A DNA stretch of 63,989 nucleotides, filler included, from Barthelona sp. PAP020 (GCA_040182905.1; 3 parts of 3 records of this genome joined end to end with filler, not necessarily neighbours in it); one strand, 5' to 3'. Positions 12,501 through 21,944 are shown, counted from the first letter of the whole stretch. Program-made: numbers and translations. The notes: generated by a model from the letters alone, not told the origin.

Positions 12501-15500
12501 CTGTTCATTACCAACAATTATTGATTATGAGTTTCAGGACATTGAAGAAGGATATGTTTTAACAATAATGGGAAACGACATGTCACCAAATACAACATTA
12601 CTGTTTCATTATAGTACTTATTTGTTGAACGAATGGAAAATTGGAGAAGTAACGTTTTTTGTTGGTTTTGGGTGTCAAAGTGAAACCATCAAATTAGATT
12701 CAAATGGGCTTGTGTCAGCAGAAACTGAATTATTACTCCCAGACTTTCAATTGTGTAAAGTCAACGGGCTTTCTACTCTAAAGACACAAATAAACATTCC
12801 AGGATTACATTTTGGTGATTTTCTTTGTGCAAATGATTTTTCTTGTACTTGCGAGCGTGGGCTACTTTCAACAACGCCTATTATTGATTCAGATTCATCA
12901 ATGAAATTTACTTTCGAAGAATCAATGAATGCCAAAGATTTCAAGCTTAGTTGCATCAATAATAAGAATGGATTGACGCAGGATTTGACCTTGAGTCTTT
13001 TTGCACCGTTAATTGAGAGTATAAGTCCAAAAACGTTATCACGTAATGATTTGAATACAAATTCGTTGAGAATTATAGGAAAATATTTCGGAAACGAAAA
13101 CTTTGATGTTAGTTTGGAAATTATTTCTGCTAACGACTTTGAAACGATATGTGAAAGTGTTTCAACTGATTTTTCTCATACAGAAGCATTGTTTTATCCA
13201 AATTGTTTGATATCATCCACGGAAAGTTTAATTTTTTTGAGAATAATTCGGAATGGTGTTGGTTCAAACACTTTCACATTGATTGTATCTGAAATAGAAT
13301 CTGTTGTTCCAACAAACATAATGGTTGGAGAAGAAGAGGAAATCATAGTATATTCTAAGGTAATTGATGTTGATTCAAATTGTCGATTGGTTGTGTTTGG
13401 AATTGAATACTTTCCAATTTATGTTTTTGATAATCAAGCTGTTTTTAAAGTTATTGCTAACGAGCCAACGAGTTCTGAGATCAATTTCTTTATTGATAAC
13501 AGTCTTATTTCAACAGATATTTTGATGGAAGCTTTTCAAATTGATTTTAATTCTTATATTATTGAGACTGCTGGATGTTTTGAAATCGATGGTGATTATT
13601 TAATTGATGACATTGTTTTTACTTTAGAAAATCCTTCACCTTGTATTATTACTGATAAAACGTTTATTTCTAGTCAATCATTCAATATATGCATCAGTTG
13701 TGAATCATTTTTAACCTCACAAATTACTTTACTCTTAATAAAAGATCATCCTATCAGTTTGATCAGTTCTATTCCATTAAACTTGGTTCTTCCCACTTTT
13801 ATTTCTGATATGTATACGGGAAACCTTTATTTTGAAACAACTTTAAGATTATCATTTCTTGACATTTTATTTGATGACTCATTATTTTCATGTTATTATG
13901 AAAATGAATTGTGGGCATGTCCGTTTGTTGGACGTGATTTTATTTTTTTAACTAATGGATCATCTTTTTCGTTTTCTTTAGATAGTATCAATTTTGAATG
14001 TAATGAATACATTGTAAGAGATGTTGAGAATAATATGAGTTGTATCTTTAAAGATATTGTTAATAAAGGTTTAAAAGAAGATTATAAAATAGTTATTGGA
14101 GTTGGGGATAAATATGTTGAATTATATAATGTAATTGTTGAAAATATTGATGAAATATCATTGAAAAAGAGGATTAATGGAACAATTTTTTATGAAAATG
14201 AAAGATATGAGAGTGAAACTACAATATATTTGTATTTTGTTGAATTAACAAAAAATGTTGAAGTTTTTGTTGAAATTAGTCATTTGACTATAATTACTAA
14301 ACCTAATGTAGTGTTTATGAACACTTTCAATAGTTCTTTAGCAATTTCTTTTAATAATACTATTTGTTTTGATTATAAAATTCACTTTTCAATTGAAGAC
14401 AATAATTTTATGATGTTGAGATCAAATGAGATATTTTTTTTACCTAAAACTGAGATTATAACAAATGATATTAATATTGATGAAGAAGAAGATATTGAAC
14501 TAACAAAATTATTAAGTTTTGATGATAATATTCATGAAAAATGTTATGAAATATTAATTCAAAAAAGAAAATTAGAAATGATTGAATTTGAAATGGAGCT
14601 TGTGCTAGCAAATACAATAATTTCTACTGAATTAAGACTCAAACTCTTCAATTTATCATCTTATGTAAAATTCAAATTCTCTCCAAAAACAGTCATTTAT
14701 TCATCTTATGAAACAATCTTTCTTACATCAAATCTTTTGAGTTTTTTAATTTGTCAAAATTCCCAATTATTTTTCGGTAATTTTAATTTCACACTTAAAA
14801 CTAATTCTTTCATTTTTCCTGCATTAGAAAGTGGTATTATTAATCCTTATCTGATTGTTGATAATAAAATCTTACAATTAGATGAAATGAATATACAAGA
14901 CAATAAATCTCCTTTATGTCAACGTTCTTATGATACCATTAAACCATTTGCATACTCGGAAGAGTTACCAAATGTAGCTTATGAATTAATTCTTGCAAAT
15001 GAACAAATATACAATTTAGAAAATGACTTGAAAGACGAACGTTGTTGTAAGAATGAAAATTGTGGATTATCCTTAACTGATTTGAAACTAAAACCAATCA
15101 ACATAAAATTTGAACAAAATTTCACAATTTTTGGAATTCTATTCACTTTACACGAAGTTTGTTCGATTGAAAGCTTTAAGGTTTTCATAGCTAAACAAGA
15201 TTCCATGTTAGAAGTGCTGGATAATCTATTTGAATCCTCGTTATGTGAAAGAGTTGCTGGATATTCAGGATTATCATTACAAACCTTTTGCACAATCCCA
15301 ATTGAAATAGTTTCTGTGAAAGAATTTGAGTTAATTATTGATTACAATCAATGTGAGAGAAATTCTCGATTGGTTTCTATATCTATATATGGCTATCCAT
15401 TGATTAAGCCATTTTATGGGAATTTTAGTTTGTTAACCGCAGAGTCTAATGTTTGTTATGTTGATACTTTTTGTATGTTAACGTTAAAATTGAATACATT

Positions 15501-17373
15501 TTCTTTCAGTAATGTTACTGTTGAAGGGTATATATTGAATGAAGTTGAATTTAACTGGCCTATTGTTTCCATTGATTTCTCAAAAGATTCAATAACAATC
15601 AAGTATTATGGTGAAAAAGCTTTTGAAAATTCGTTAGTTTTGAACACCAAAGATTTACAAATTGAAGCATATTCAACATTTATATCCCTCTTTGGTATGG
15701 ATGAAATTGTTATTTCGCAGTCATTGATCATTTTGCTGGATGAATCACGACTTTTACCTTGTGAATTCATATTGCCTGATTGTCTTGAACCAAGAATTGT
15801 TGAATTAAAACAAGTCCCAGCAGCTATTGTATGTGAATCAATTTTGGTTTCAACCACTATTGGAGAGTTGATGATGGGATTCAATCTGGATTATTCAGAT
15901 ATACAAAAACTTAATAATAGTTGTATAGTTGTCTTTGAAGATCATTCTCATTCAGTTGAGATAACTAAGATTCCCAACACTTTATCCCTTCTTAGAATTG
16001 CTTCCATAGATGCAGTTGCTAGCACCAATGGAATTTCGCTGAATGCCAGAATTGAATTTTTGACTGACAATTATGTACCAACAATGACCATTTCAAACAT
16101 GAGTTGTTCAGTCGACGTTTATAACTTGAATGGTGAAAAAAGCATCAAATCATTTATCGTTAGTAAATTTACAACTTTCACCTCAATTAATGACACAATC
16201 AATTTTTCGTCTTTGAAGGCGATTCAACTATTATTGACTTGTGATGATGATTTGAATCAGGAAATTACAGTATATCCAAGATGTCCAAAGGATTTTATTC
16301 TTCAAGATGAGCAATGTGTTTGTACCAGTGGCACTTTTAAAAAAGTTGGCAGTGACTCAGCTAACAATGATGTTGGCATGCTTCCTACCTGTGAGTTATG
16401 TCCCATTGGTACGTATTCCTCGGAAATAGATGTTTCTAGTTGTATTTCTTGTGATTCAAATAAAATAAGTGATATGGGGTCAACAAATCACTCTGAATGT
16501 TATTGTGTGGATGGATTTGTTGATATAAACAGCCAATGTAGTCCTTGTAATGTCGAATTGATTTGTAGACGGGGTGAAATTGTTGGTTCTAAGACAGGAT
16601 ATTTTCTCGCCAATAAAACAACAGCTGTAAAATGTGTCTCGTCATTTTGTATTGGTAATGCAACATGTTCGGGTAATCATGAAGGGACGTTTTGTTTGGA
16701 TTGTATTCAAGGATACTTTAGAAGTTTTTCTGGTATTTGCTTTAACTTTCACAATAGCTTGTGGTATAATTTAATTGTTGGTGTTGTTTTATTCGCAATC
16801 ATTACCTTTAGCAAATGGCATTATCTGATTTTTATCATTTATTCTTGGACTATAATACTGTCAAGGTTGACCTTGCAAATCATTCATCAAATCCAACCTT
16901 ATATACTATCCGTCATTTATCTCAAAAAAGAACACATCATCTTTGGAGTCATAACTAGCTTTACTCTCAGTATACTGTTCAGATTATTGTTTAAAAGGGC
17001 TAATAGTTTAAACGATGGAGAATATTATTACAGTTTGAAAAATTCAACTCCAAAATATTGGAAAATTCATAAGTTGTCTATCTTTTTTGATTTCTGTTTC
17101 TTTGTTTTCATGGGTTCATACTTTTTGAAATTACCTGGCATTTTCCCTTCATATTCAGTTCAACCAATAAGTTTCAACGTTGAAAAAAGTCTTATGATGA
17201 TTTGTTCTATCATTTTAATTAAATTTTTGAATAATAGCAAATATTCTTTTGTTCTTTTGGCTTTATTTTTATCGGTTTTACAAGGACTCTTTATTGAAAG
17301 TGCTTTTATTTCAATTATTTCCTTATTAAGTATTACAACATGGATAATAGCTATCAGTTATATTTTATGGTAA
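3550..17373 (+). CDS. Giant (4607 aa) cell-surface protein: signal peptide, about 7 EGF-like/FG-GAP-like propeller units, CxxC (GCC2/GCC3-like) repeats, probable Ig/IPT-like stalk, C-terminal multi-pass TM region
   Basis: Uninterrupted 13.8-kb ORF with hydrophobic N-terminus. Recurrent C.G.G.C...G.C.C motifs, FG..I/V...V.VGAP-type repeats, C..CP.GTY motifs and several C-terminal hydrophobic helices. Confidence 0.85.
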   Translation: MLLINIQNVFRLIIILITFQIILGNDCSDANFYSNFGDCNLYCDDTATCDGKGICNSQGECDCQYPNVKQLKYYGNHLNFDYNGGNTYFGYYIAISDYLFVSGNLDGPIFIYSAGLSDTKIEYTTTVSGCSGPVDVDENRVVCLGSSNDFYVYDYINGVFSKKTHMATSSCVVETIGIYKDTVVCANGNEVIIFEESDGTWVKLSYTVDTSSYLSRNINKLIFNDDMIIALEGRTSEKILVVIHKKNYKWVIDGSIKDERPVTKSENDDWFAYEGYVSKDLIIVSGSFWVQEGSWKRYPGMHAYRKQDGIWVEVATVHGKSTADFVSCSYSKETNMVVMSYPEYYSGSRYYAIIEWYEFQNNKFRFLRRTQNTLYYYYCYTHRYPQIKISPNGKYIIQSEPSATVINNGDGQVDVYSYSCVGCDEQHSCGFNGTCNSDTNLCECSNNYVHGWGNKAFFGLDNPFDAIDVIDFYVVTLLDQNIKYWTIDSGEFVSNKEVELSGLGKSFKILDDGILVGFPDEQVVKYISDTKIVLFKPNDNCVGYGSVFEYKDEILLIHGDVLECQTLYLYYFNENMTTFNIKKEIANLLDPNSAAKETYYAIGVGNCAFIGTNKKIYAFCLIDKYTSPSFIQHSIINIAEDYVDFEGFGEIITADSYHLLVAVESVLLIYELHTLSNDWKKVDQIVFSTKIETIDTYEKTLYVVEKKPLDADFDFLISDMFIIHQFHFQGEITNTYQILNNYEFELPFSSNSTSRSGSVSSTILSFKAFNHRLIFNSSKGLFIYEFGCVSCEESFFPDGQCNRYKPLTTQTFNVAENNLICPAKQFPTIFEYFFDSTSITYYTDVPVIKCTNKNCIALSIDQKSIYFIDITNKPTISFTFNNGNELGSHCVMAKDDYMFFGSVTSGKLHIYKYSLESWVEAGNIQATGIGSSCAVDSWLLIGVQDEQRVSLYNFIDESNYGKVYEISCSDPGSYSLISVTLINSICNSTFGTYLRTAKNIAIIGCENCAQERGAFFVYLLQKSYYTLLSVVQHPSCNIGDKCGASMDTNGRYVVLSHMSVISIYEWTESTLSFTLLKTIESSFSSNREYIFGTSVAVSDTKLVILSVLKDTSLLDNYNLKVYSISDEVNNLNERIKLTEDLTSKESSLGTNPITNSLTLSDNGRIFIGYSRYGGIPLFEINTNCSSCSVEFTCDGKAACSTEGEFDCITEDVTRFRYDWFNSNELFEDLWTYNDFGRALFIHNDGDVFVGAPLSDGRGKVMVFDDHISVTKSILEIEAEETINSVTFGWSITEFDGQIIVSDPNLKKVQVFDDVGLNLIDSILKEDCSGFGRVIFGNDDWLVVFGDINECNQLYVYGVVEDYSYNLSVNHEEALWDEARVVLLENSLFVSYIQGYVTIFPDVSNAYNYETDYIENFGNLMVGFDKHLFICSVSTIYIYFHDTVLDNWIPKQVISVEYSSILAITGDGFLLLVAVQSASDSLGCDILVYRFNGDTWAHTDTMDNIFENRYPNLPVFPEINLNFHDNMLYVVIVSQETSDVYNTASSLLSFNLTFDSCVEGFYPPGDCTIEEAVECNNLGSLETDGCDCSSLASIAYIFNDTIESGDSTCGLAFEYCDSFFVIISSRKMAFYALDRSIITEDEISWTNTDYVSVSFNNTFACANAEGFYTIYSLLQTNELKKMGGKVASLEDTFGKSIALYENHLFIGSDTQIAQIDFDIVNVVVTNYVLYDIDDSFQDSTTFSDDSTFASSLAANERWLVVSLPQTNKLIIFDYTVSYPRIANGDKASIGDSYILIDHSADIDVYGFGIDIKFVVETGQLLILTSKVGEFKDGLLYIFEYKNNNWIKQQLVIAPVGSRFLDQLSVSNEKIVVLVDNYPSDKENFFRWLAIYDKNLVEGKWVLVDAVYDFSVDKKELSDLFRISKDGIILVRFQLEDVYSVSSYRHSCVENTTLSKCDGLTGIFIDNDYTGCILNETVGIGYILLMNGGNVTMFDTSDTLFAKIEREELFIMDLNSKSNFSFKIDSKEVLKVRVQDYVALLTEGHVSVFSPMGFINEWEGNFVAMDTYNSFICVVYVEEGNLVIKLMDIDIDQSETITLSDIKAEIDDICMDNVFLVFDKTRIVITVLNQVFIFCKNEDNGWIHCGEIINPDIDRCSKQFGEVIEVAENTVLIGCPIVSGVVYQFELIGNHWYVKNELLSPTFEFSEAIFAYSLHVTPLYLIIVASNVIFADDIYFYARYNRIDFSFSHSISSFSYRKKSNITSTAANMYNLFINDIALGENSFLYLQNNLTCPENCFGQVYCSRSCDGCNGRGICDWDGFCVCDYSSTLLFSFSSVSISQNTQEIQQPLWVASCLDNQCFVGSSGNSQNSKIFVYKSSCSNWKISYQIGQQDEGSPFAEDSTLYSNVLIIDDLIFVQTSVNLYMASLGGNELITASQFSAVLPVGNLELLGQFDVYQDEMFVTVGKMLTDTTYYVIVYSFYELTSCLLKISLENSVNIYSEGSQTVALSNTHVCYLKKASGSGNPVVFCSTIPPYTEYEEFSSTIQGNRIILRDGHLCVLSVLFGKLIIFAEPKVSDKTSKETSGWIKVQEFVFAGDLDTSCIMGYHNGKISVSTAFGKIKIFTFLVDQFYEIQNFAVSGDVDFSSLVFANDNTLIGTFVVSESGSFAGALQVFETSCFECTDSLKSVGYCGCNGHGTMIEGICVCESSYYEYDVSFCFNADAGYYVKDEPDQHEQLPCEFGFYQPIRGQTSCLEADVGHFVNFTAATEQYPCEINTYQDEKMQSSCKQCVAPEHQNKTGQIECWICPFGTFYNSSKIYCDNCPIGHRCPGGDDEAVPCSETTIISSDHQKCVACPETDYSGLERKVCFTCAKGTYYVKETGTCDSCPHLHTCEGGRNVAVPYPAPFIKEDSIILSGDKKTVYLEGLWFGFWPEYIKVFIDSIEEVVTEVNDENMLISTNDHLYGINYKIRVFVGDKSADTILINCSLPTIIDYEFQDIEEGYVLTIMGNDMSPNTTLLFHYSTYLLNEWKIGEVTFFVGFGCQSETIKLDSNGLVSAETELLLPDFQLCKVNGLSTLKTQINIPGLHFGDFLCANDFSCTCERGLLSTTPIIDSDSSMKFTFEESMNAKDFKLSCINNKNGLTQDLTLSLFAPLIESISPKTLSRNDLNTNSLRIIGKYFGNENFDVSLEIISANDFETICESVSTDFSHTEALFYPNCLISSTESLIFLRIIRNGVGSNTFTLIVSEIESVVPTNIMVGEEEEIIVYSKVIDVDSNCRLVVFGIEYFPIYVFDNQAVFKVIANEPTSSEINFFIDNSLISTDILMEAFQIDFNSYIIETAGCFEIDGDYLIDDIVFTLENPSPCIITDKTFISSQSFNICISCESFLTSQITLLLIKDHPISLISSIPLNLVLPTFISDMYTGNLYFETTLRLSFLDILFDDSLFSCYYENELWACPFVGRDFIFLTNGSSFSFSLDSINFECNEYIVRDVENNMSCIFKDIVNKGLKEDYKIVIGVGDKYVELYNVIVENIDEISLKKRINGTIFYENERYESETTIYLYFVELTKNVEVFVEISHLTIITKPNVVFMNTFNSSLAISFNNTICFDYKIHFSIEDNNFMMLRSNEIFFLPKTEIITNDINIDEEEDIELTKLLSFDDNIHEKCYEILIQKRKLEMIEFEMELVLANTIISTELRLKLFNLSSYVKFKFSPKTVIYSSYETIFLTSNLLSFLICQNSQLFFGNFNFTLKTNSFIFPALESGIINPYLIVDNKILQLDEMNIQDNKSPLCQRSYDTIKPFAYSEELPNVAYELILANEQIYNLENDLKDERCCKNENCGLSLTDLKLKPINIKFEQNFTIFGILFTLHEVCSIESFKVFIAKQDSMLEVLDNLFESSLCERVAGYSGLSLQTFCTIPIEIVSVKEFELIIDYNQCERNSRLVSISIYGYPLIKPFYGNFSLLTAESNVCYVDTFCMLTLKLNTFSFSNVTVEGYILNEVEFNWPIVSIDFSKDSITIKYYGEKAFENSLVLNTKDLQIEAYSTFISLFGMDEIVISQSLIILLDESRLLPCEFILPDCLEPRIVELKQVPAAIVCESILVSTTIGELMMGFNLDYSDIQKLNNSCIVVFEDHSHSVEITKIPNTLSLLRIASIDAVASTNGISLNARIEFLTDNYVPTMTISNMSCSVDVYNLNGEKSIKSFIVSKFTTFTSINDTINFSSLKAIQLLLTCDDDLNQEITVYPRCPKDFILQDEQCVCTSGTFKKVGSDSANNDVGMLPTCELCPIGTYSSEIDVSSCISCDSNKISDMGSTNHSECYCVDGFVDINSQCSPCNVELICRRGEIVGSKTGYFLANKTTAVKCVSSFCIGNATCSGNHEGTFCLDCIQGYFRSFSGICFNFHNSLWYNLIVGVVLFAIITFSKWHYLIFIIYSWTIILSRLTLQIIHQIQPYILSVIYLKKEHIIFGVITSFTLSILFRLLFKRANSLNDGEYYYSLKNSTPKYWKIHKLSIFFDFCFFVFMGSYFLKLPGIFPSYSVQPISFNVEKSLMMICSIILIKFLNNSKYSFVLLALFLSVLQGLFIESAFISIISLLSITTWIIAISYILW

Positions 17374-17551
17374 ATTATTTATGATTTACCGAATTTTTTT
17401 AGATATTTAAATACCTTATAAATATTGTTATGCAATTTTTATTATTCATTTCATTAAAAGGACAAATGTTTTGATTTCAGAAAAAAAAAGTTGCGTATTT
17501 ATAAAGGTTCTATGATTTCATTTTTTAAAAAAAAGAAGAAAAAAGGAAAAA

Positions 17552-17756
17552 TCACAGTTTTCTGGAACGATAACCCAAGAAAGCAAGAATAGCTACAATA
17601 ATAATAATAATAATAACAAACCAAGCAATTATATCAATGCCTAACAAATGTTAGAAATTTTTCATAAAATGTAAAAATACCAGAAGCAGCAACTGTTCCA
17701 AATTGCATAGATAAGGCAAATAGACCTAATAATATCGTAAATAATGAAGAAAACAT
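17552..17756 (-). CDS. Spliced 54-aa membrane microprotein, SMIM30-like (intron 17641-17680)
   Basis: Removing a 40-nt GT..CTAAC..AG intron gives MFSSLFTILLGLFALSMQFGTVAASGIDIIAWFVIIIIIIVAILAFLGYRSRKL: signal-like segment, TM helix and basic tail. Confidence 0.7.
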
Positions 17757-18094
17757 GTTAATCAAAGAAAAAAACAAAGAAGAAGTCTTGATAAATATTT
17801 CTTGTTTTGGTAATTACCTTTACATAAAATGTCTACAGAGTTGTTTGAAAATACCATAACATACCTTGAAAGAAGGAGAGAATAAAAAAATCTTAAATAT
17901 TTTGATAAATCTTCATTATAATCAAATAAAACTGCAATTGATCTTTTAAAAAAAAAAAAATTAAACAGATAATACTAGTTTATGAAGAAATTAATTCAAA
18001 AATAACTTGAATTTCAAAGAATTGAATGAAAGAAACTTTCAACTTTGCAGTTCGGAGCAAAATTAGATGTATTTACAAGAATAGAACAAAAACT

Positions 18095-19024
18095 TCAAAT
18101 ATCTATTGCAATAATTTTTGATTGTTGACTAGAATTAAGACTAGTCAAGCTTATATCTTTTTTATCTTGCGTGATTATATCCCATGGAAGTGTTTCAGTT
18201 CTTTTTATGTGACTGGGCAAAAGTAATTTGCAAATAACATTGCCAAGCACCAATTTCAAATTAAAACAACACTTCCCCTTTCCTAATGGGAATTCTGAAG
18301 TATTATGCAAATAACCAATTGAGTTAATCTGATATTCAGTGTTTTCAGGTGCATTCATTAACGTTTGATTTAAAACAAAGGCCGTCCTATCCTCAATAGT
18401 TGTCACATTCGTACAGGAGTTCATCGTGAATGATATTAACATACTTCCAGACACGAAGCAAAACATGAATAAAAACCAAACCATAATAAGTGAAACAAAA
18501 GCAAAAGGATTTGATTGATTAGAGTTGAAATTTTTAATGATTACTATTAAATTGACTAAAAACCCCAGTCCTTGATGTAAGAACGAATAAATAAGAAACA
18601 AGAAAAAAAACTTTTCATTTCTCAATCCAACACAATTATCAACCCAAGGACAATGATGATCCATTTTCAAAACACATCTGTCACAGATAGAACAATGATG
18701 AGCTCTTGGTGGACGCCAATTATTGCAATGTTTACACCACGTCGCTTTATAAAAACTAGCTTCTGTTGTTATTAATTCTTCTTTGGGATGTTTTACAACA
18801 GTAGATGAAGGTTGATAATCATTATCAACAAATCCAGGATTTGAATAGACAGTTCGTGCATATGAGACTATCGAAAAAATAAAAATTATTTGATAAATTG
18901 CTTCTATAATACATAATATATATATGTTGGCAAATAAATATGGGAAAATTACGATTGTTGAATACAAATCACTCAATATACCCCAAATCCAAACAAAAAT
19001 CGTCATGCAACCATCTTTGCCCAT
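18095..19024 (-). CDS. DHHC palmitoyltransferase
   Basis: C..C...RPPRAHHCSICDRCVLKMDHHCPWVDNCVG motif, four TM segments and TTIE motif. Confidence 0.95.
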   Translation of the reverse strand: MGKDGCMTIFVWIWGILSDLYSTIVIFPYLFANIYILCIIEAIYQIIFIFSIVSYARTVYSNPGFVDNDYQPSSTVVKHPKEELITTEASFYKATWCKHCNNWRPPRAHHCSICDRCVLKMDHHCPWVDNCVGLRNEKFFFLFLIYSFLHQGLGFLVNLIVIIKNFNSNQSNPFAFVSLIMVWFLFMFCFVSGSMLISFTMNSCTNVTTIEDRTAFVLNQTLMNAPENTEYQINSIGYLHNTSEFPLGKGKCCFNLKLVLGNVICKLLLPSHIKRTETLPWDIITQDKKDISLTSLNSSQQSKIIAIDI

Positions 19025-19491
19025 TATTATTACTTAATATTGAGTGTAACAAAGAACAATTAATAAAATAAAGAATCCAAAAAAAGAAGAATAACCCTCC
19101 CACAAAATGTTGAGGAATTGTATTCTCAAAGTAATTAATTTACAAAGAAACAAAGATATCATCAAACGGAATTGAGAAATAAAAGAGTTTTCTACTATGA
19201 GGAAGTTGTCTGCAATTGGTTGCTTTAAACTTTGAAAAATGGCTATAAGGAAATTGTAGCGAGGGTACGTGTCTCCCTTGTGTGTAATGATGTCGATTTT
19301 GGCTGAGAAATGAAATTTGATAATTTTCATCTCATGAAAAACTGGTTTAACTTGTAAAATACAACAAATAGAGGAATTGTTTTTGCTTTAAAAGACTACG
19401 TGAATTATAGTATAAGCTATACTAAATGGTCAAGGTAAATTTTTCAAGTGTTAGTTTTGAACATGGAGACAAAGAGATATAAAATATGGAA

Positions 19492-19560
19492 GGGAATAAG
19501 AAAGAATGTTGTTTATTTGGTTAAAGGCATTTGAAGCCCGATTGATCGAATGAAAACTAT
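19492..19560 (+). repeat. Fragment of the ~320-bp dispersed repeat family
   Basis: gaataagaaagaatgttgtttatttggttaaaggcatttgaagcccgattgatc matches the 5' part of the copy at 22947-23272. Confidence 0.75.
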
Positions 19561-19853
19561 TTATTGCCTCGTAAAACCACATGAAGGACTAAATACAGTT
19601 GATTAGTGTGTTTAAAGCGTTTAGGTGGTGTGAGTTCAATGTGTAGTTGGAAAGATTAAGTGAACTTTGATTTAACATTGTCAAAAGATGTGTTTCAATT
19701 ACTTTTACTTCATTGAGTTACTAAGAATTTGTTTTTTTCTTGTACTAGCCCCTTCTAGAACTTTGCAAAATTGGCGGCTGGAAATCTCAGTTGATCAACT
19801 AAGGACAAATGAAAATTTTTGATTTTGTAAACGATGCAACCTTAATTCAGCAT

Positions 19854-21944
19854 TCAGACATCATCATCACTTTCGTCCCCATCAAAAAAACTCTCGTCAT
19901 CGATATACTGACGCATATTTCCTCCATTACTTGTGTTGAGATCAATCAAATCCCAACATATATCAATGGTCATATCAAAATCTCTTTTATTCATGAAGAT
20001 ACCTGCAGATACAAATTGTCGAATTGTCGTATTATCGACATTCATTGCAACAAGAGTTGACAAAAGATAACCTTCACCTTGAACTAACTCAATTAATCGG
20101 GATTGAACCAAACGGTCAAAAGACAAGTCAATTGGTTCGCCGCTCTCTAATAATTGTTCAAAATTGGAACAGCTGAGCACACGATACTTTTTGGATTCCG
20201 CCCACTCTTTAGCAGGAGTGTATAGGGCATTAAAAAATAGTAACATATCTTTTCCTGTGATGTTAATTTCTGGACAGTTCAACAGCATTTTGGCAAGTGC
20301 AAGATGACGTTTTTTAGAACTAATATGTAATGAAGACCATCGATCATTCACATACAAATTGACATCAGCACCATGATCCAAGAGCATTTTAGCAATATCA
20401 AAATAACCTTCGTCACAACACACAAATAAGGGAGAATATCCACCTTTTCTACATAAATTGACATCAGCACCATGAGTCAAAAGCATTTGAACAATATCAA
20501 GCCGATTCTTTTGACAACTGATATACAATGGAGAGGCGTTATTATTATTGCATAGATTAACGTCAGCATCATTATTTAGAAGAATCTTGACGATAGCAAC
20601 ATGACCTTCTTGAGAGCTAATAAACAATGGAGAAGCACCATTATCATTACGCATATTCACATCAGCACCATTGTTCAAAAGAATTTCTGTAAGACCAAGA
20701 TATCTTCTTTGACAACAAAGGTATAATGGAGTAAAACCACCTTTTCTACACAAATTGACATCAACGCCATAATCTAGCAGCATAGTAACAATATCAACCC
20801 GATTATTTTGACAACTAATATACAATGGAGACACCCCATTATCGTTACACTTGTTAGCATTCACTCCTTCCTTTAACAACAACTTGACAATATCAACATG
20901 ACCTTTTTCACAACATGCATACAATGGAGAATATCCACCTTTTTTAAACAGACTACTGTCAGCTCCACGATTCAAGAGCATTTTGGCAACATCAACATTA
21001 CCTTCTTGACAACTGACATACAAGGCAGAAGCACCATTATAAATGGATTGATTAATATCTGCACCTCTATCCAAAAGCATCTTAACTATATTAACATGAT
21101 TACATTCACAACTAACCCACAATGGAGAATACCCACCTTTCATACACAAATTAACATCAGCATCATGATCTAAGAGCATTTTGACAACATCAATATGACC
21201 TTCTTGACAAGCAATATATAATGAAGAAGCATCATCGTTATCACACAGATCAACATCAGCCCCATGATCCAAGAGCAATTTCACAATGTCAAAATGGCCA
21301 AATTGACAACTGATAAATAATGGAAACAAGTTCTCATTGGTGCATAAACTAACATCAGCTCCATAATCCAAAAGCATTTTGACAATGTCAAGATGACCTT
21401 CTTGACAACTGATATATAATGGAGATGCGCCGTTGTTTAAACAACAATTAACATCAGCTCCAAAATCCAATAGTATTTTTGCAATGTCGAGATGACCATT
21501 TTGACAACAGATAAATAATGGAGAGACCCCATCATTTAAGCCCAGATTGTCAACATCGGCTGCGTGCTGCAAAAGCATTCTGGCAGCCTGAAAATGACCA
21601 TTTTGACAAGCAACAAATAGTGGAGAAGGTCCAATATCTGCACGACTCCCAAAATCCAATAAAAATTTAATAATTTCAATATTTCCAGAAAAAGCAGCCC
21701 CAAAAAGAGCTGTTCGTCCTTCTTTTCCTTGTTTATTTACATTAACTCCTGCTTTAATGCACTGCTTGATAATATCCAAATTTCCATTTAATGCAGCCCA
21801 ATATATCTTTTTTGGACGTCCATTTTCTTCAAATCCATCCACATCAAATCCATTCGGAACAATAACTTGATCCATTTTGTATTTAATGTATGGATCAACA
21901 ATTTCAACACCAATTTTGGTCTCACCACACATTTGCTCAATCAT
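19854..21944 (-). CDS. Ankyrin repeat protein (about 15 repeats) with uncharacterised C-terminal domain
   Basis: Tandem 33-aa SPL..SCQ.GH.DIVK.LLD.GADVN repeats. First ATG is at 21944 (the ORF track starts at a GTG). Confidence 0.95.
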   Translation of the reverse strand: MIEQMCGETKIGVEIVDPYIKYKMDQVIVPNGFDVDGFEENGRPKKIYWAALNGNLDIIKQCIKAGVNVNKQGKEGRTALFGAAFSGNIEIIKFLLDFGSRADIGPSPLFVACQNGHFQAARMLLQHAADVDNLGLNDGVSPLFICCQNGHLDIAKILLDFGADVNCCLNNGASPLYISCQEGHLDIVKMLLDYGADVSLCTNENLFPLFISCQFGHFDIVKLLLDHGADVDLCDNDDASSLYIACQEGHIDVVKMLLDHDADVNLCMKGGYSPLWVSCECNHVNIVKMLLDRGADINQSIYNGASALYVSCQEGNVDVAKMLLNRGADSSLFKKGGYSPLYACCEKGHVDIVKLLLKEGVNANKCNDNGVSPLYISCQNNRVDIVTMLLDYGVDVNLCRKGGFTPLYLCCQRRYLGLTEILLNNGADVNMRNDNGASPLFISSQEGHVAIVKILLNNDADVNLCNNNNASPLYISCQKNRLDIVQMLLTHGADVNLCRKGGYSPLFVCCDEGYFDIAKMLLDHGADVNLYVNDRWSSLHISSKKRHLALAKMLLNCPEINITGKDMLLFFNALYTPAKEWAESKKYRVLSCSNFEQLLESGEPIDLSFDRLVQSRLIELVQGEGYLLSTLVAMNVDNTTIRQFVSAGIFMNKRDFDMTIDICWDLIDLNTSNGGNMRQYIDDESFFDGDESDDDV

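Noticed and set aside
1098..17373. Alternative genetic code (TAA/TAG read as Gln)
   Set aside because: Conserved genes in the window end properly at TAA, TAG and TGA, and long ORFs are open in the standard code.
20250..21800. 99-bp periodic DNA repeats
   Set aside because: Fully explained by ankyrin repeat coding.
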